From contig JAXMNT010000006.1 in the NCBI GenBank assembly GCA_034670305.1, positions 128,001-192,000 of the forward strand: a stretch of DNA of 64,000 nt. The letters are read 5' to 3'. Every line of letters starts with the position of its first letter. Position 1 is the stretch's first letter. Made by a program: the position numbers and the translations under genes. The notes under the pieces are model-generated. The model searched no databases. It saw nothing but the letters and a program-made list of their open reading frames with translations, and was not told where the DNA came from. Origin of the DNA: Deltaproteobacteria bacterium. GTDB taxonomy: Bacteria; Myxococcota_A; Polyangia; Polyangiales; Houyiibacteriaceae. Shown piece by piece: positions 9,241-19,605 of the stretch.

Positions 9241-11607
9241 ATGGCACGGAAGAAAAAGAGCGCTCCCCAGCAGGAGCTCACGCTGGCCCCGTTCGAAGAT
9301 GCCTCGTTCAAGGACGAGCTCGAACGCCGCTACCTCACGTACGCGCTGAGCGTCATCACCAGCCGGGCACTCCCCGACGTGCGGGATGGGCTCAAACCCG
9401 TGCAGCGCCGCATCCTCTACACGATGTGGAACGAGCTGCGTCTGCGCAGCGACGCCAAACCTCGCAAGAGCGCGGCCATCGTCGGTGACGTGATGGGCAA
9501 GTTCCACCCGCACGGCGACGGCGCGCTCTACGACGCACTCGTGCGCATGGCGCAGCCCTTCACCATGCGTGCCCCGCTCGTGGACGGACAAGGCAACTTC
9601 GGTTCGCCCGATGGCGACTCCGCCGCGGCCATGCGGTACACGGAGGCGCGGCTGCAGAAACTCGCCGACGAGCTGCTCGGCGAGCTCGGCAAGAAGACCG
9701 TTCCGTTCCGACCGAACTACGACGGCACCCGCTTCGAACCAGTGGTGCTTCCGGCCGGCTACCCGAACCTGCTCGTCAACGGCGTGCAGGGCATCGCGGT
9801 CGGCATGGCGACGTCGATCCCGCCGCACAACTTCAGCGAAGTCGTCCGTGCCGCGATCCGCATGATCGACGAGCCGGAGATCTCGACGAAGAACCTTCTG
9901 CGCACCATCAAGGGCCCCGACTTCCCGACGGGTGGTCAGCTCATCAGCACCCGCGACGAGATCGCGGCCGTGTACGAGACGGGGCGCGGCACGCTCAAGC
10001 TGCGCGGCGACTGGGTGCTCGAGAAGCCGAAGTCCAAACGCGACAACCCCTCGCTTGTGGTCACGTCGCTCCCGTACGACGTGAAACGCGGCGCCGCGAT
10101 CGAGAAGATCGCGGAGATCATCATCGCCCGAAAGCTGCCCGGCTTGCTCGATGTGCGCGACGAATCCACCGACGACTGCCGCGTGGTCATGGAGCTCAAG
10201 AAGGGGACCGACCCGCAGCTCGTGATGGCGTACCTCTACAAGCGCACCCCGCTTCAGACGACCGTCAGCGTGGACATGACGGCGCTCGTGCCCACGAACC
10301 ACCCGGACATGCCAGCCCCGCGCCGGCTCTCGCTGTCCGAGGTGCTCCGCCACTTCCTCGACTTCCGGATGGAGGTCGTCACCGCGCGCCTGCAGTTCGA
10401 CTTCGACAAGCTGAACGAACGCATCCACATCCTGGATGGGTTTGCGACCGTCTTCGACGTGCTCGACGAGACCATTCGGATCATCCGGCGGTCGAACGAC
10501 AAAGCGGATGCGGCCAAGAAGCTCATCAAACGTTTCGAGCTCTCCGAGCTTCAGGTCGACGCGATCCTCGAGTTGCGGCTGCACCGGCTGGCCAAGCTGC
10601 AGATCCTGCTCATCCGAGAGGAACTCGACGAGAAGACCAAAGAGGCCAAACGCATCGGGCAGCTGCTCAGCAGCCAGCCGGCGCGATGGAAACTCATTCG
10701 CGCCGAGCTGCACGAACTCGAGCAGAACTACGGCGACCTGCGCCGCACCCGGATCGTGAAAGAACTCGACGAGCCCGAGTTCGACGCCGAAGACTTCATC
10801 GTCGACGAAGACGCGATGGTGGTGCTCACCCAGCAGGGCTGGCTCAAACGCCAGAAGGTCGTCAAAGACGTGTCGACGACCCGGGTGCGCGACGGAGACC
10901 AAGTGCTCGAAGTGGTCGCGGGTTCCACGCGCAGCGCGGTCGCGTTCTTCTCGTCGACCGGCGTCTGCTATGTGACGCGGCTCGTCGACATCCCGGCGAC
11001 CACCGGATACGGCAGCCCGGTCCAGTCGTTCTTCAAGATGAAGGATGGCGAACGCATCGTCGCGATGTTCGGTATGGACCCGCGCTTTCTGGAAGTGCCG
11101 GAGCCGACGCCCGACACCGAGCCGGAGTGGCCGTACTGCGTCGCGGTGTTGCGCGATGGCAACGCGCTCCGATTCAGTCTGCGCGGTCACCGGGAGCCCT
11201 CGACCCGCGCAGGACGCAAGTACGCGCGGCCTGGCAAGGGCGACGAGGTGGTGTTCGTCGGCCTCGTCGAAGAGGGCGACCACGTGGCGTGTGCGACCCG
11301 CGATCGACGCGCGCTCATCTGCGACGCCGAAGAGATCTCGATCTTGAGCGGCCCCGGCAAGGGCGTGCGGCTCATCAAGTTGCAGAAGAAAGACTACGTG
11401 CTGGCGGCCGCGGTGCTCACCTCCGAGCAGGACGCACTGATCGTGAAGCGTGCGAAGGGCGGCAAGGAGCACCGCATCACGCTGCGCCGCTACGAGGCCA
11501 TCAGCCGCGGCGGCAAGGGCCGCGAACTGTTCAAGACCGGCGCCGTGGGTGAGTGGGTTCTGCAAGAGCCGACGCTTCCGGGCTTCCCCGCCCCCGAGGA
11601 TGAGTGA
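9241..11607 (+). CDS. parC: Type IIA DNA topoisomerase subunit A (topoisomerase IV-like)
   Basis: [31 protein letters not shown] (catalytic Tyr), beta-pinwheel CTD with no canonical GyrA-box at its start; parC versus gyrA is inferred. Confidence 0.85.
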   Translation: MARKKKSAPQQELTLAPFEDASFKDELERRYLTYALSVITSRALPDVRDGLKPVQRRILYTMWNELRLRSDAKPRKSAAIVGDVMGKFHPHGDGALYDALVRMAQPFTMRAPLVDGQGNFGSPDGDSAAAMRYTEARLQKLADELLGELGKKTVPFRPNYDGTRFEPVVLPAGYPNLLVNGVQGIAVGMATSIPPHNFSEVVRAAIRMIDEPEISTKNLLRTIKGPDFPTGGQLISTRDEIAAVYETGRGTLKLRGDWVLEKPKSKRDNPSLVVTSLPYDVKRGAAIEKIAEIIIARKLPGLLDVRDESTDDCRVVMELKKGTDPQLVMAYLYKRTPLQTTVSVDMTALVPTNHPDMPAPRRLSLSEVLRHFLDFRMEVVTARLQFDFDKLNERIHILDGFATVFDVLDETIRIIRRSNDKADAAKKLIKRFELSELQVDAILELRLHRLAKLQILLIREELDEKTKEAKRIGQLLSSQPARWKLIRAELHELEQNYGDLRRTRIVKELDEPEFDAEDFIVDEDAMVVLTQQGWLKRQKVVKDVSTTRVRDGDQVLEVVAGSTRSAVAFFSSTGVCYVTRLVDIPATTGYGSPVQSFFKMKDGERIVAMFGMDPRFLEVPEPTPDTEPEWPYCVAVLRDGNALRFSLRGHREPSTRAGRKYARPGKGDEVVFVGLVEEGDHVACATRDRRALICDAEEISILSGPGKGVRLIKLQKKDYVLAAAVLTSEQDALIVKRAKGGKEHRITLRRYEAISRGGKGRELFKTGAVGEWVLQEPTLPGFPAPEDE

Positions 11608-13514
11608 TGGGATACGACGCCAAAGACATCGACGTACTCGAAGGACTCGAGCCCGTCCGCGAACGCCCCGGCATGTACATCGGCGGCACCGACAGCGCCG
11701 GCTACCACCACCTCTTGTGGGAGGTCGTCGACAACTGCGTCGACGAGGCGATGAACGGGCACGCCACGCGGATCGAAGTCGAACTCGACGCGGACCTCAA
11801 AGGCGCGACGGTCGCCGACAACGGCCGCGGCATCCCGATCGACAAACACCCGAAGTTCAAGGTCCCGGCGCTCGAGCTCATCCTCACGAAGCTCCACTCG
11901 GGCGGCAAGTTCAAGGGCGGCGGCTACAAGGTGAGCGGCGGCCTGCACGGCGTGGGTGCGTCGGTCGTCAACGCACTCTCCGAAGAGATGACCGCGACGG
12001 TCTGGCGGGGCGGCGCGACCTACACGCAGAAGTATCGGCGGGGAAAGCCGACGACGAAGCTCAAGAAGGGCGGCAAGACCAGCAAACGCGGGACCCAGAT
12101 CCACTTCCGCCCCGACCCCAAGATCTTCACCGACAAGCTGAAGCTCGACGCGAAGAAGATCCGCGAGCGGCTCGAGGTGAAGAGCTACCTCCACAAGGGC
12201 CTGAAGATCGTCTTCAAGGATCACGCCGGCCAGCGCGAGGAGATGGAGCACGAGGGCGGTCTCGTGGAGTTCTTGGAGATGACGGTGCGGGGCACCGGCA
12301 AACCCGGCGTGCACGCCGACCCGTTCACGCTCGAGCGCGAACAGGACGGAGTGCGGGTCGAGCTCGCGATGCAGTGGACCGAGTCGCCGGACGAGCGCAT
12401 CGACTCCTTCGCGAACGGCATCCCGACCAGTGGCGGAGGCGCGCACGACAGCGGGCTCAAATCCGCGCTGAACAAAGCGATCCGCGGCTACATGGACGCG
12501 CTCGAAGTGAAGCTGCGCGGGGTGAAGATCAGCGCGGAGGACATCCGCGAAGGCCTCGTCGCGATCCTCAGTGTGTACGTCGAGGAGCCGCAGTTCCAGG
12601 GACAGACGAAGAACCGGCTGAACAACCCAGGCGTGGCCGGCAGCGTCGAAGGGGCGGTGCGCACCGCGCTTGAACAGTGGTTGCTCGACAACCGCTCGAC
12701 GGCCGAAGCGATCATCGCACGCATCGTGATCTCGGCGCGCGCCCGCGAGGCGAGCCGCGCCGCCATCAAGCAGGTCACCCGCAAGACCGCGGTCAGCCAT
12801 CGGCTCAACCTGCCCGGCAAACTCAGCGACTGTCAGACCACCGACCCGAGCGAAGCCGAGCTCTTCCTCGTCGAGGGCGACAGCGCGAGCGGCACCGCCA
12901 AGGTCGGTCGCGACCGGCGCACCCAGGCGATCCTCCCGCTGCGCGGCAAAGTGCTCAACGCCGAGCGCGCGAGCCGCGCCGCGGTGCTGGCGAACAAGGA
13001 ACTGCAGAACGTCGTCAACGCGCTCGGCTGCGGCATCGGCAAGTCGTTCGACATCAGCAAACTCCGCTACCACCGGGTGTTCCTGCTGATGGACGCGGAC
13101 GCCGACGGACACCACATCGCGACGCTGCTCTTGACCTTCTTCTACCGGATGATGCCGGCGCTGATCCGCCAGGGACACATCTTCCTCGCGATGCCGCCGC
13201 TCTACCGCATCGACGTCGCGAAGGAGACGCACTGGGCGCTCGACGAAGTGGACCGAGACCGGATCCTCAAGTCGCTGCCGAAGAACGCGAAGGTCGACAT
13301 CAGCCGCTTCAAGGGCCTCGGTGAGATGCCGGCGGAAGACCTGAAGCTGACGACGCTCGACCCGCACCGGCGCCGCGCGCTGCGCGTGGTCATCGAAGGG
13401 GAACTCGAGACCGACGCGTCCTTGAGCGACCTGATGGGCAAAGACGCGAGCGCCCGCTACCGCTTCATCATGGACCGAGCCCTCGACGCCGAAGCCGCCG
13501 CGCTCGACCTCTGA
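11607..13514 (+). CDS. parE: Type IIA DNA topoisomerase subunit B (topoisomerase IV-like)
   Basis: RPGMYIG, EVVDNCVDE, SGGLHGVG, VEGDSA, PLRGK, DADADG, RFKGLGEM; no large gyrase insert; TGATG coupling to subunit A. Confidence 0.88.
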   Translation: MGYDAKDIDVLEGLEPVRERPGMYIGGTDSAGYHHLLWEVVDNCVDEAMNGHATRIEVELDADLKGATVADNGRGIPIDKHPKFKVPALELILTKLHSGGKFKGGGYKVSGGLHGVGASVVNALSEEMTATVWRGGATYTQKYRRGKPTTKLKKGGKTSKRGTQIHFRPDPKIFTDKLKLDAKKIRERLEVKSYLHKGLKIVFKDHAGQREEMEHEGGLVEFLEMTVRGTGKPGVHADPFTLEREQDGVRVELAMQWTESPDERIDSFANGIPTSGGGAHDSGLKSALNKAIRGYMDALEVKLRGVKISAEDIREGLVAILSVYVEEPQFQGQTKNRLNNPGVAGSVEGAVRTALEQWLLDNRSTAEAIIARIVISARAREASRAAIKQVTRKTAVSHRLNLPGKLSDCQTTDPSEAELFLVEGDSASGTAKVGRDRRTQAILPLRGKVLNAERASRAAVLANKELQNVVNALGCGIGKSFDISKLRYHRVFLLMDADADGHHIATLLLTFFYRMMPALIRQGHIFLAMPPLYRIDVAKETHWALDEVDRDRILKSLPKNAKVDISRFKGLGEMPAEDLKLTTLDPHRRRALRVVIEGELETDASLSDLMGKDASARYRFIMDRALDAEAAALDL

Positions 13515-13584
13515 CCCATTCGCAGTCCGTCTGCGCCTACCCCCATTTTCTGTCAGCCCGCCGCCAGAACGGCACAGCGCGCTC

Positions 13585-14883
13585 TCAGAAGACTCTGTGG
13601 ATCACGACCGGGCCTTCGGGGTGCGCGAACACGATGCCGGTTTCGGTGGTCGTGAAGCGCACGGTGTCGTCTTCGCCGAGGTACGCGGGCGCCACGCCGA
13701 GCGCGACGGCGTCGGCGTCGTCGACGACGTCGATGCGGCTGCCGGAGACGTCGGTGCGCCCGGTCACGGCGAGAAGTCCCGCGCCGCTGAGGATCTGCCA
13801 CGTGCCGTCATGGGTCCCATCGCCATCGAGCACCACGACCGAACCGCCGCCATCCAGGAAAGAGGTGAGGGCGGTCGACCAGCTCGCACCGAGCGCGAGC
13901 AAGGTGGCGTCGTCGGCGTCCTCCTGGGCGTAGATGAGGAAGGTGTCCACCGAGGCGAGTTCGGCGGGCACGGCGTCCGGTCCAGCGCTCACGATTCGGT
14001 TCCAGCTGCCGCGTTCGTTGAGCGCGCGGTCGGCGCCGCTCGTGTTGCCCGCGTCCACGTCGTAGACGAGCACCTCGAGGTCGTCGGCGGGGTCTCCGTC
14101 CACCGCGTCCGAGAGGAACGCGGCGTTGCCCGCGATGCGGCGCATCGCGCGCCGGGAGACTCGGTAGTTGTGTCCGATCAGCACGACGTGCCCAGGCGGT
14201 CCATCGCTGCACATGCCGTCGATGCAGATGCCGGTGGCACAGCTGCGGTTGCAGCGGCCGCAGTGATCCGGGTCGGTCTGGAGATCGACGCACAGACCAT
14301 CGCAAAGCGTGAGGGGCGGGTCGCAGATGAGCGCGCAGACCCCGTCGGCGCAGACTTCGTCGGCCTCGCACCGGATGCCGCAAGCGCCGCAGTGGTTCGG
14401 GTCTCGGTTGGTCCGGACACAGGAGCCCATGCAGCACTCTTCGCCGAGCTCGCACATGCACATGCCGCCGCCGCCGTCGCCGCCGTCGACGTCGCCGCCC
14501 CCACCGTCGCCGCCGTCGCCGAGGTCGCCGTCTCGGACTTCGCCGTCCAGGAGCTCACCGTCGAGCCGCGGGTTCGGTGCGTCGTTCGGTCCGATGTCGC
14601 GCGCGTCCATGTTCGCGTCGCGTGGCCCAGCATCGAGCATACCGGTGTCGATGCTGGAGCGGCAGATGCCGTCGAAGCAGGAATCGCCCACTTCGCAACG
14701 GACCCCACAGGCGCCGCAGTGGTCGCGGCTGGTCTCGGTGTTGGTGCAGACGCCTTCGCAGATCAGGATGCCTTCGGCGCATTCGGCGCCGACGATGGGG
14801 CTGGCGCAGCCGGCGGCGATCGTCCACCCGCCCAAGAGCGCCAGCCATCGCATGCGCGACATCAAGTGTGTTTCCGTCTGCAT
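13585..14883 (-). CDS. Lipoprotein with 3 Cys-rich (Stig1/MXAN_6577-like) repeats and a C-terminal alpha/beta domain
   Basis: AAGC lipobox; DPxHCGxC repeats; C-terminal domain containing LTSFLDGGGSVVVL; TGATG coupling to the upstream OmpA gene. Confidence 0.8.
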   Translation of the reverse strand: MQTETHLMSRMRWLALLGGWTIAAGCASPIVGAECAEGILICEGVCTNTETSRDHCGACGVRCEVGDSCFDGICRSSIDTGMLDAGPRDANMDARDIGPNDAPNPRLDGELLDGEVRDGDLGDGGDGGGGDVDGGDGGGGMCMCELGEECCMGSCVRTNRDPNHCGACGIRCEADEVCADGVCALICDPPLTLCDGLCVDLQTDPDHCGRCNRSCATGICIDGMCSDGPPGHVVLIGHNYRVSRRAMRRIAGNAAFLSDAVDGDPADDLEVLVYDVDAGNTSGADRALNERGSWNRIVSAGPDAVPAELASVDTFLIYAQEDADDATLLALGASWSTALTSFLDGGGSVVVLDGDGTHDGTWQILSGAGLLAVTGRTDVSGSRIDVVDDADAVALGVAPAYLGEDDTVRFTTTETGIVFAHPEGPVVIHRVF

Positions 14884-16304
14884 CAGTGTGCTCCCACCGG
14901 TCCGGTTTCGAACACGAGGTCGGGTTCGGCCGCGTTTCCAGTGTCGCCTTCGGGCGCTCGGCGCGCCACCACGACGAACTCCACCCGGCGGTTGCGCTGG
15001 TGCGCGCGCTCGGTCGTGCCTTCGTCCCGCAGACGATCGGTGCCGAATCCTGCGGACTCGAGCGTCGCCGAATCGATGCCGATGCGCACGAGCGCGCGCA
15101 TGACGTTTCGGGCCCGGCGCTGGCTCAGCGTGCGGTTGTAGTCTGCGTCGCCCCGCGCGTCGGCGTGGCCTTCAATCCGCATCCGCACCCACTCGGGGTG
15201 CTGTCGGACGAGCTCGGCGATGGCGGCCAAGACCGGCCGGGCTGCGCTCTTCACCCGGGCGCGCTGGAAGTCGAACAGGACGTGTTCTTCGAGCACGATG
15301 CGGTCGTCGATCATCTCGATGAGGCCTTCGTCCGGGCACCCGTCTTGGTCGTCCACGCCGTTGACCGTCTCCGGCTCGTCGGGGCAGCCGTCGTGGTCGT
15401 CGGGGAACCCGTCGTTGTCGTTGTCGAGGTCCGGACACCCGTCTTCGTCCTCGAACCCGTCGATGTCTTCGGGGTCGTCTGGGCATTCGTCGATCGTGTC
15501 GGGCCGGCGGTCTTGGTCGTTGTCGAGATCGGGGCAGCCGTCTTCGTCCTCGAACCCGTCGAAGTCCTCGGCTTGCTGGGGACACCCGTCTTCGGGATCC
15601 AAGTACCCGTCGCCGTCGGTGTCCGGGGTCGGGTCGTCCGGGCGTTCGTCTTCCGGGAGATCCTCGATCGATCGCGCGTCGAGGAACGTGAGTTCGAGCC
15701 CAATGGAGATCATGCGTGCGTCGTGCGGCTCGAGCAGGTCGTTGGGCTGAAACACCTGGAGGTAACGGACCACCGGCGCGAGGTCGATCTTGCCGAGCTT
15801 GAAGCCGTAGCCGATGCCGATGTCCATCACCGCGCGGATGTGGGTGGCGCCGGTGATGGTCCCGCCGGCGCCGGCCTCCAGGAAGAAGCCTGTGCCGCGG
15901 CTTGGGTCGTCGGTTCGAAAGAAAGGCCGCAGCCGCAGGGCGAGCGTCAGGGTGGAGAAGGTGCCGAGGCCCGGATCGACGAACTCTTCTTGGTCCGGCG
16001 CGGGGCCATCGAAGAGAAAGCCGCCCCGTACCCGTGCGCCCAGCAGGAACGCCGGGTGAAGCGAGCGGAACACGCTCAGCGAACCCGCCAGACCCGGGCC
16101 GAACCAGCTGCGCTGAGGTTCCGAGAGCGGAACCACGACCTCGGGTTCGATCTGGAGCAGCCAGATCTCGTCGGCAGCGGCTCGGGGTGGGGCGGCGAGG
16201 CTGAATCCGCAGGCGGCCGCAACGACCAGTCCCGCAATCCATCTCGTACCCCGCTCAGTTCGTCCTCGATCGGTGTACACGTACCAGCATTGTTCCTGAC
16301 GCAT
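14883..16304 (-). CDS. OmpA-family protein: N-terminal beta-barrel, thrombospondin type-3 repeats, OmpA C-terminal domain
   Basis: DxDxDGxxDxxDxCP repeats; IEGHAD...YNRTLSQRRA...NRRVEF; start could be 16280 (GTG). Confidence 0.88.
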   Translation of the reverse strand: MRQEQCWYVYTDRGRTERGTRWIAGLVVAAACGFSLAAPPRAAADEIWLLQIEPEVVVPLSEPQRSWFGPGLAGSLSVFRSLHPAFLLGARVRGGFLFDGPAPDQEEFVDPGLGTFSTLTLALRLRPFFRTDDPSRGTGFFLEAGAGGTITGATHIRAVMDIGIGYGFKLGKIDLAPVVRYLQVFQPNDLLEPHDARMISIGLELTFLDARSIEDLPEDERPDDPTPDTDGDGYLDPEDGCPQQAEDFDGFEDEDGCPDLDNDQDRRPDTIDECPDDPEDIDGFEDEDGCPDLDNDNDGFPDDHDGCPDEPETVNGVDDQDGCPDEGLIEMIDDRIVLEEHVLFDFQRARVKSAARPVLAAIAELVRQHPEWVRMRIEGHADARGDADYNRTLSQRRARNVMRALVRIGIDSATLESAGFGTDRLRDEGTTERAHQRNRRVEFVVVARRAPEGDTGNAAEPDLVFETGPVGAH

Positions 16305-16511
16305 GTGTCCACTGGCAAGAGAACTGTGCAGTGGGGGAGTCCAGCTCTGCAGTCTGGGGCATCGGGACCCAGAACCTTCGGTGAACCGGGCCCTGGGTTC
16401 ACTTGAAGGTCCGGTTTTTTGACCGTTTCGGTCTCGCCGCGATAACCGGTTCCAGAAGCACTTGCTGAAGTCCGGGCGAGGACCAGCAATCCGAGTGCTC
16501 GGAGGAACTCC

Positions 16512-17648
16512 ATGACGACGATCAACGAGACGCGCGGGACCGCAGCGAGCTGTCACGTGTGCGAGAACGACTTCGCTGTCCGCTTTCGGTACCAGGTGCG
16601 CGAGGAAGCGAGCGGGTTCGTATACCTGTGTTCCACGCAGTGCCAGCGCGAGCACCTCATCGGTCCCAAGGCGCCCAACTGCACCACCTGCGGCAACGAG
16701 TTCGAGGTCGAGTACGCCTACCAGGTCGTCACCAGCGACGATCAGCGCGCCTACTTCTGCTCGATGGACTGCCGCACCACCCACGGCGAGCAGCTGACGC
16801 GGGCGACCGACACCCGCGCGCCTCGGCGCATCGCGGTGTTCAACCACAAGGGCGGCACGGGCAAGACGACCACCGCGATCAACATCGCCGCCGGTCTCGC
16901 AGAAACGGGCCGCCGGGTGCTGCTCGTCGATTGCGACGGGCAGGGCAACGTCGGCGCATCGCTCGGGATCCGCGGCGAGAAAACCCTCTACCACGTGCTC
17001 GTTCAGGGCACAGCGGTCGAAGAAGCCGTCGTGACGGTGCGGCAGAACCTCGACATCATCACGTCGAACGAGACCCTGGCCGCCGCGGAGCTGCACCTCG
17101 CGACCCAGCCCGCCCGCCACCGCATCCTTCGAGAGCGACTCGGCTCCAGGGTGCACGGCTACGACGTCGTCGTGCTCGACTGTGCGCCGGCGCTCTCGCT
17201 GATGAACCAGAACGCGCTCGTGTACGCGGACGGAGTCGTGGTGCCGGTGTCCTGCGACTACCTCTCGCTCGTCGGGGTCCGGCAGGTGCTGCGCACGCTC
17301 GGCGACGTGAAGCGCATCTTGAAACACGACGTCGAGATCATGGGCGTCGTGCCCACCTTCTACGACGTTCGAAACCGCATCTCCCGAGATGCGCTCACCG
17401 CCCTGCAGAAACACTTCAAAGACAAGTGCGCGCTGCCGGTGCGGGTGAACACGAAGCTCCGCGAGGCGCCGAGCGCCAAGCAGACGATCTTCGAGTACGC
17501 GCCCGGCAGCAATGGCGCGAAGGACTACCTGGCGTTGGTGGAGCGGCTTTTGCCGACGACCGGACAGGTGTTTGGGGACCAAGCGAAGGTGCAGGCCACC
17601 TTCGCGCGCGGCAGCGTGGCGCCGCAGCCCATGCCGAGGTCGGCATGA
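16512..17648 (+). CDS. Soj/ParA-family ATPase with tandem N-terminal TRASH/zf-FCS-like domains
   Basis: HKGGTGKTT deviant Walker A, DCDGQGN, DCAP; two CxxC...CSxxC units; GGAGGA ribosome binding site. Confidence 0.9.
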   Translation: MTTINETRGTAASCHVCENDFAVRFRYQVREEASGFVYLCSTQCQREHLIGPKAPNCTTCGNEFEVEYAYQVVTSDDQRAYFCSMDCRTTHGEQLTRATDTRAPRRIAVFNHKGGTGKTTTAINIAAGLAETGRRVLLVDCDGQGNVGASLGIRGEKTLYHVLVQGTAVEEAVVTVRQNLDIITSNETLAAAELHLATQPARHRILRERLGSRVHGYDVVVLDCAPALSLMNQNALVYADGVVVPVSCDYLSLVGVRQVLRTLGDVKRILKHDVEIMGVVPTFYDVRNRISRDALTALQKHFKDKCALPVRVNTKLREAPSAKQTIFEYAPGSNGAKDYLALVERLLPTTGQVFGDQAKVQATFARGSVAPQPMPRSA

Positions 17649-17690
17649 ATGTCAGGACCGAGACGGTGACCGGGCCGATGGAGACGAACG

Positions 17691-17996
17691 ATGGCGAGTG
17701 AAGCAATGGACGCCCTGCTTCAGGGCGACGAGGTCCGCGAGGTGCTTCGCGAGACGTTCTACGACGGGCCCAAGAAGGTGGAGCCGAAGGCGAAACCGAA
17801 ACGGGCCAAAGCCAAAAAGCCCAAGCCGGATCACTACCGAGTCATCTGCATCTCGATGTACGAGGACGACCTCGGGCGCCTCGACGCGGCGGTTGCGGAA
17901 CTCAAAGCCTCGGGCCATCGAAAGATGAGCCGCAGCGCACTCATCCGGTTCGCGCTCGACCAGATGAACGTCGAAGACCTCCCGAAGAGCTACTGA
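17691..17996 (+). CDS. Small ParG-like ribbon-helix-helix protein
   Basis: Lys-rich flexible segment, then YRVICISMY (strand), a helix, and MSRSALIRFAL (RHH helix B pattern). Confidence 0.7.
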   Translation: MASEAMDALLQGDEVREVLRETFYDGPKKVEPKAKPKRAKAKKPKPDHYRVICISMYEDDLGRLDAAVAELKASGHRKMSRSALIRFALDQMNVEDLPKSY

Positions 17997-18031
17997 ACGT
18001 CGTTGGCGCGCAGACGCCCGCCAACGGTCCG

Positions 18032-18355
18032 TCAGCTCTTCATCAGGTCGTCGGGGTCGCCGAGCTCGCCGCTGAACATGGCCAGCATGTTCGGCGCCTT
18101 GATGCAGATCCAGGCGGCCGCTTCTTCGAACTCGAGCACCAGCACATCGCTGATCGTGGCGCCGGATCCGAGCAGGCGTTTGCACTCGCGGTGCCACCGG
18201 ATGTAGTGGTTCAGCCGCTCGTCGAAGTCTTTCCGCGAGAGGCGCTGAATCATCACGTTCCCGAATTTGGCGAACCCGCCCTCGGGTTTGTCACCGCACT
18301 CGGTGAGGAAGCGTGAGAGGTAGCTCTGATATGCAGCGTCGACGTCGATGTCCAT
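18032..18355 (-). CDS. Hypothetical protein
   Basis: 107 aa ORF of normal composition directly downstream of hutI. Confidence 0.65.
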   Translation of the reverse strand: MDIDVDAAYQSYLSRFLTECGDKPEGGFAKFGNVMIQRLSRKDFDERLNHYIRWHRECKRLLGSGATISDVLVLEFEEAAAWICIKAPNMLAMFSGELGDPDDLMKS

Positions 18356-18370
18356 GGAGGACGCGCAGTG

Positions 18371-19603
18371 TCACCAGAGTCGGGGGATGGAAGCAACCGT
18401 TGCGAACGATCCAGCCATCATCGCGAGGCTCGCGCGCAGGTCGCCGAATGCGTAGCCGAGCGCTGCGGGGTCGCTGATCTCGAACCCACAGAGGTCTGCC
18501 GGGCCGCCCACCCTCAATCGGCCACTGGCCGATTCTTTCTCGGTGAAACCGGCGGCCTGGGCCGCCACGCGCGTGATTCCCAAGATCGCCTCTTCGATCG
18601 TGAACCCCGCATCCCGGACCGCCAGCGCCGCCATCAACGGGAGGTTGGCGGTGGGGCTCGTGCCTGGGTTCAAGTCCGTGCCGATCGCCATGGCGACGCC
18701 GGCCCCGCGAAACCGGTCGGCCTCCGGCGGGGTCTGTCGCAGCGTGCGCCAGGCGCCGGGTAGAAACACACCCACCACGCCTGCCTTCGCCATCGCCGCG
18801 AGTCCCGCGTCGTCGACCTGCTCGAGGTGGTCGCCACTGCGCGCACCGAGCTCTGCGAGCAGCTCGGCGCCGCCAAGATCCGCGAACTGTCCGATGTGGG
18901 CGCGGGTGGCGAGGCCAGCGGCTTTTGCGGCGCTCAGGATCGCGCGGGTCTCTTCCAAACTGAACGCGCCCTCGTCGCAGTAGACGTCCACCGTGTCCGC
19001 GAGTCCTTCGGCGACCACGCGCGGCAACTGCGCCTCGATCACCTCTCGGACGTAGCGGCCGCGATCCGCCTCGCCGGGCGGCAGCGCGTGGGCGCCGAGA
19101 AAGCTCGTGGTCACCCGTGCAAGGCCGAGCGTGCCCAGGCGGCGCGCCACGCGGAGAAGGCGCAGCTCCGTCTCCACGTCGAGCCCGTAGCCGCTCTTGA
19201 TCTCCACGGCGGTCACACCGAACCCGGACAACGCGGACAAGCGCGCGCGGGCCAGTTCGAAGAGTGTGTCGTCGCTCGACGCGCGCGTGGCGCGGACCGT
19301 GCTGGCGATGCCGCCGCCTTCCTTCGCGAGGGTGCGGTAGTCCTCGCCGCCCATGCGGCGGCGGAACTCGTCCACCCGCGAGCCCCCGAAGACGAGGTGG
19401 GTGTGGGGGTCGACGAAGCCGGGCAACACGCAGCCGACCTCGCGCACTTCGTCGGCCACCGGTGCGTTCTCGGTCGGTCCGAGGTAGACGATGCGGTCGC
19501 CTTCGATCCCAACCGACGCCCGCTCCCGCAGGTCGAGCGCGGCGGTGGGCGAGTCGTCGCTTCCATCGCAGGTCGCGACCACGAGTGCGTCGATCCGGAG
19601 CAT
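18371..19603 (-). CDS. hutI: Imidazolonepropionase
   Basis: PGFVDPHTH, EIKSGYGL, GAHA, DHLE, TDLNPGTSP. Confidence 0.93.
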   Translation of the reverse strand: MLRIDALVVATCDGSDDSPTAALDLRERASVGIEGDRIVYLGPTENAPVADEVREVGCVLPGFVDPHTHLVFGGSRVDEFRRRMGGEDYRTLAKEGGGIASTVRATRASSDDTLFELARARLSALSGFGVTAVEIKSGYGLDVETELRLLRVARRLGTLGLARVTTSFLGAHALPPGEADRGRYVREVIEAQLPRVVAEGLADTVDVYCDEGAFSLEETRAILSAAKAAGLATRAHIGQFADLGGAELLAELGARSGDHLEQVDDAGLAAMAKAGVVGVFLPGAWRTLRQTPPEADRFRGAGVAMAIGTDLNPGTSPTANLPLMAALAVRDAGFTIEEAILGITRVAAQAAGFTEKESASGRLRVGGPADLCGFEISDPAALGYAFGDLRASLAMMAGSFATVASIPRLW

Positions 19604-19605
19604 GG

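Noticed and set aside
9241-11607. Annotation as canonical gyrA
   Set aside because: No GyrA-box at the start of the CTD; topo IV-like is preferred, although phylogeny is needed to settle it.
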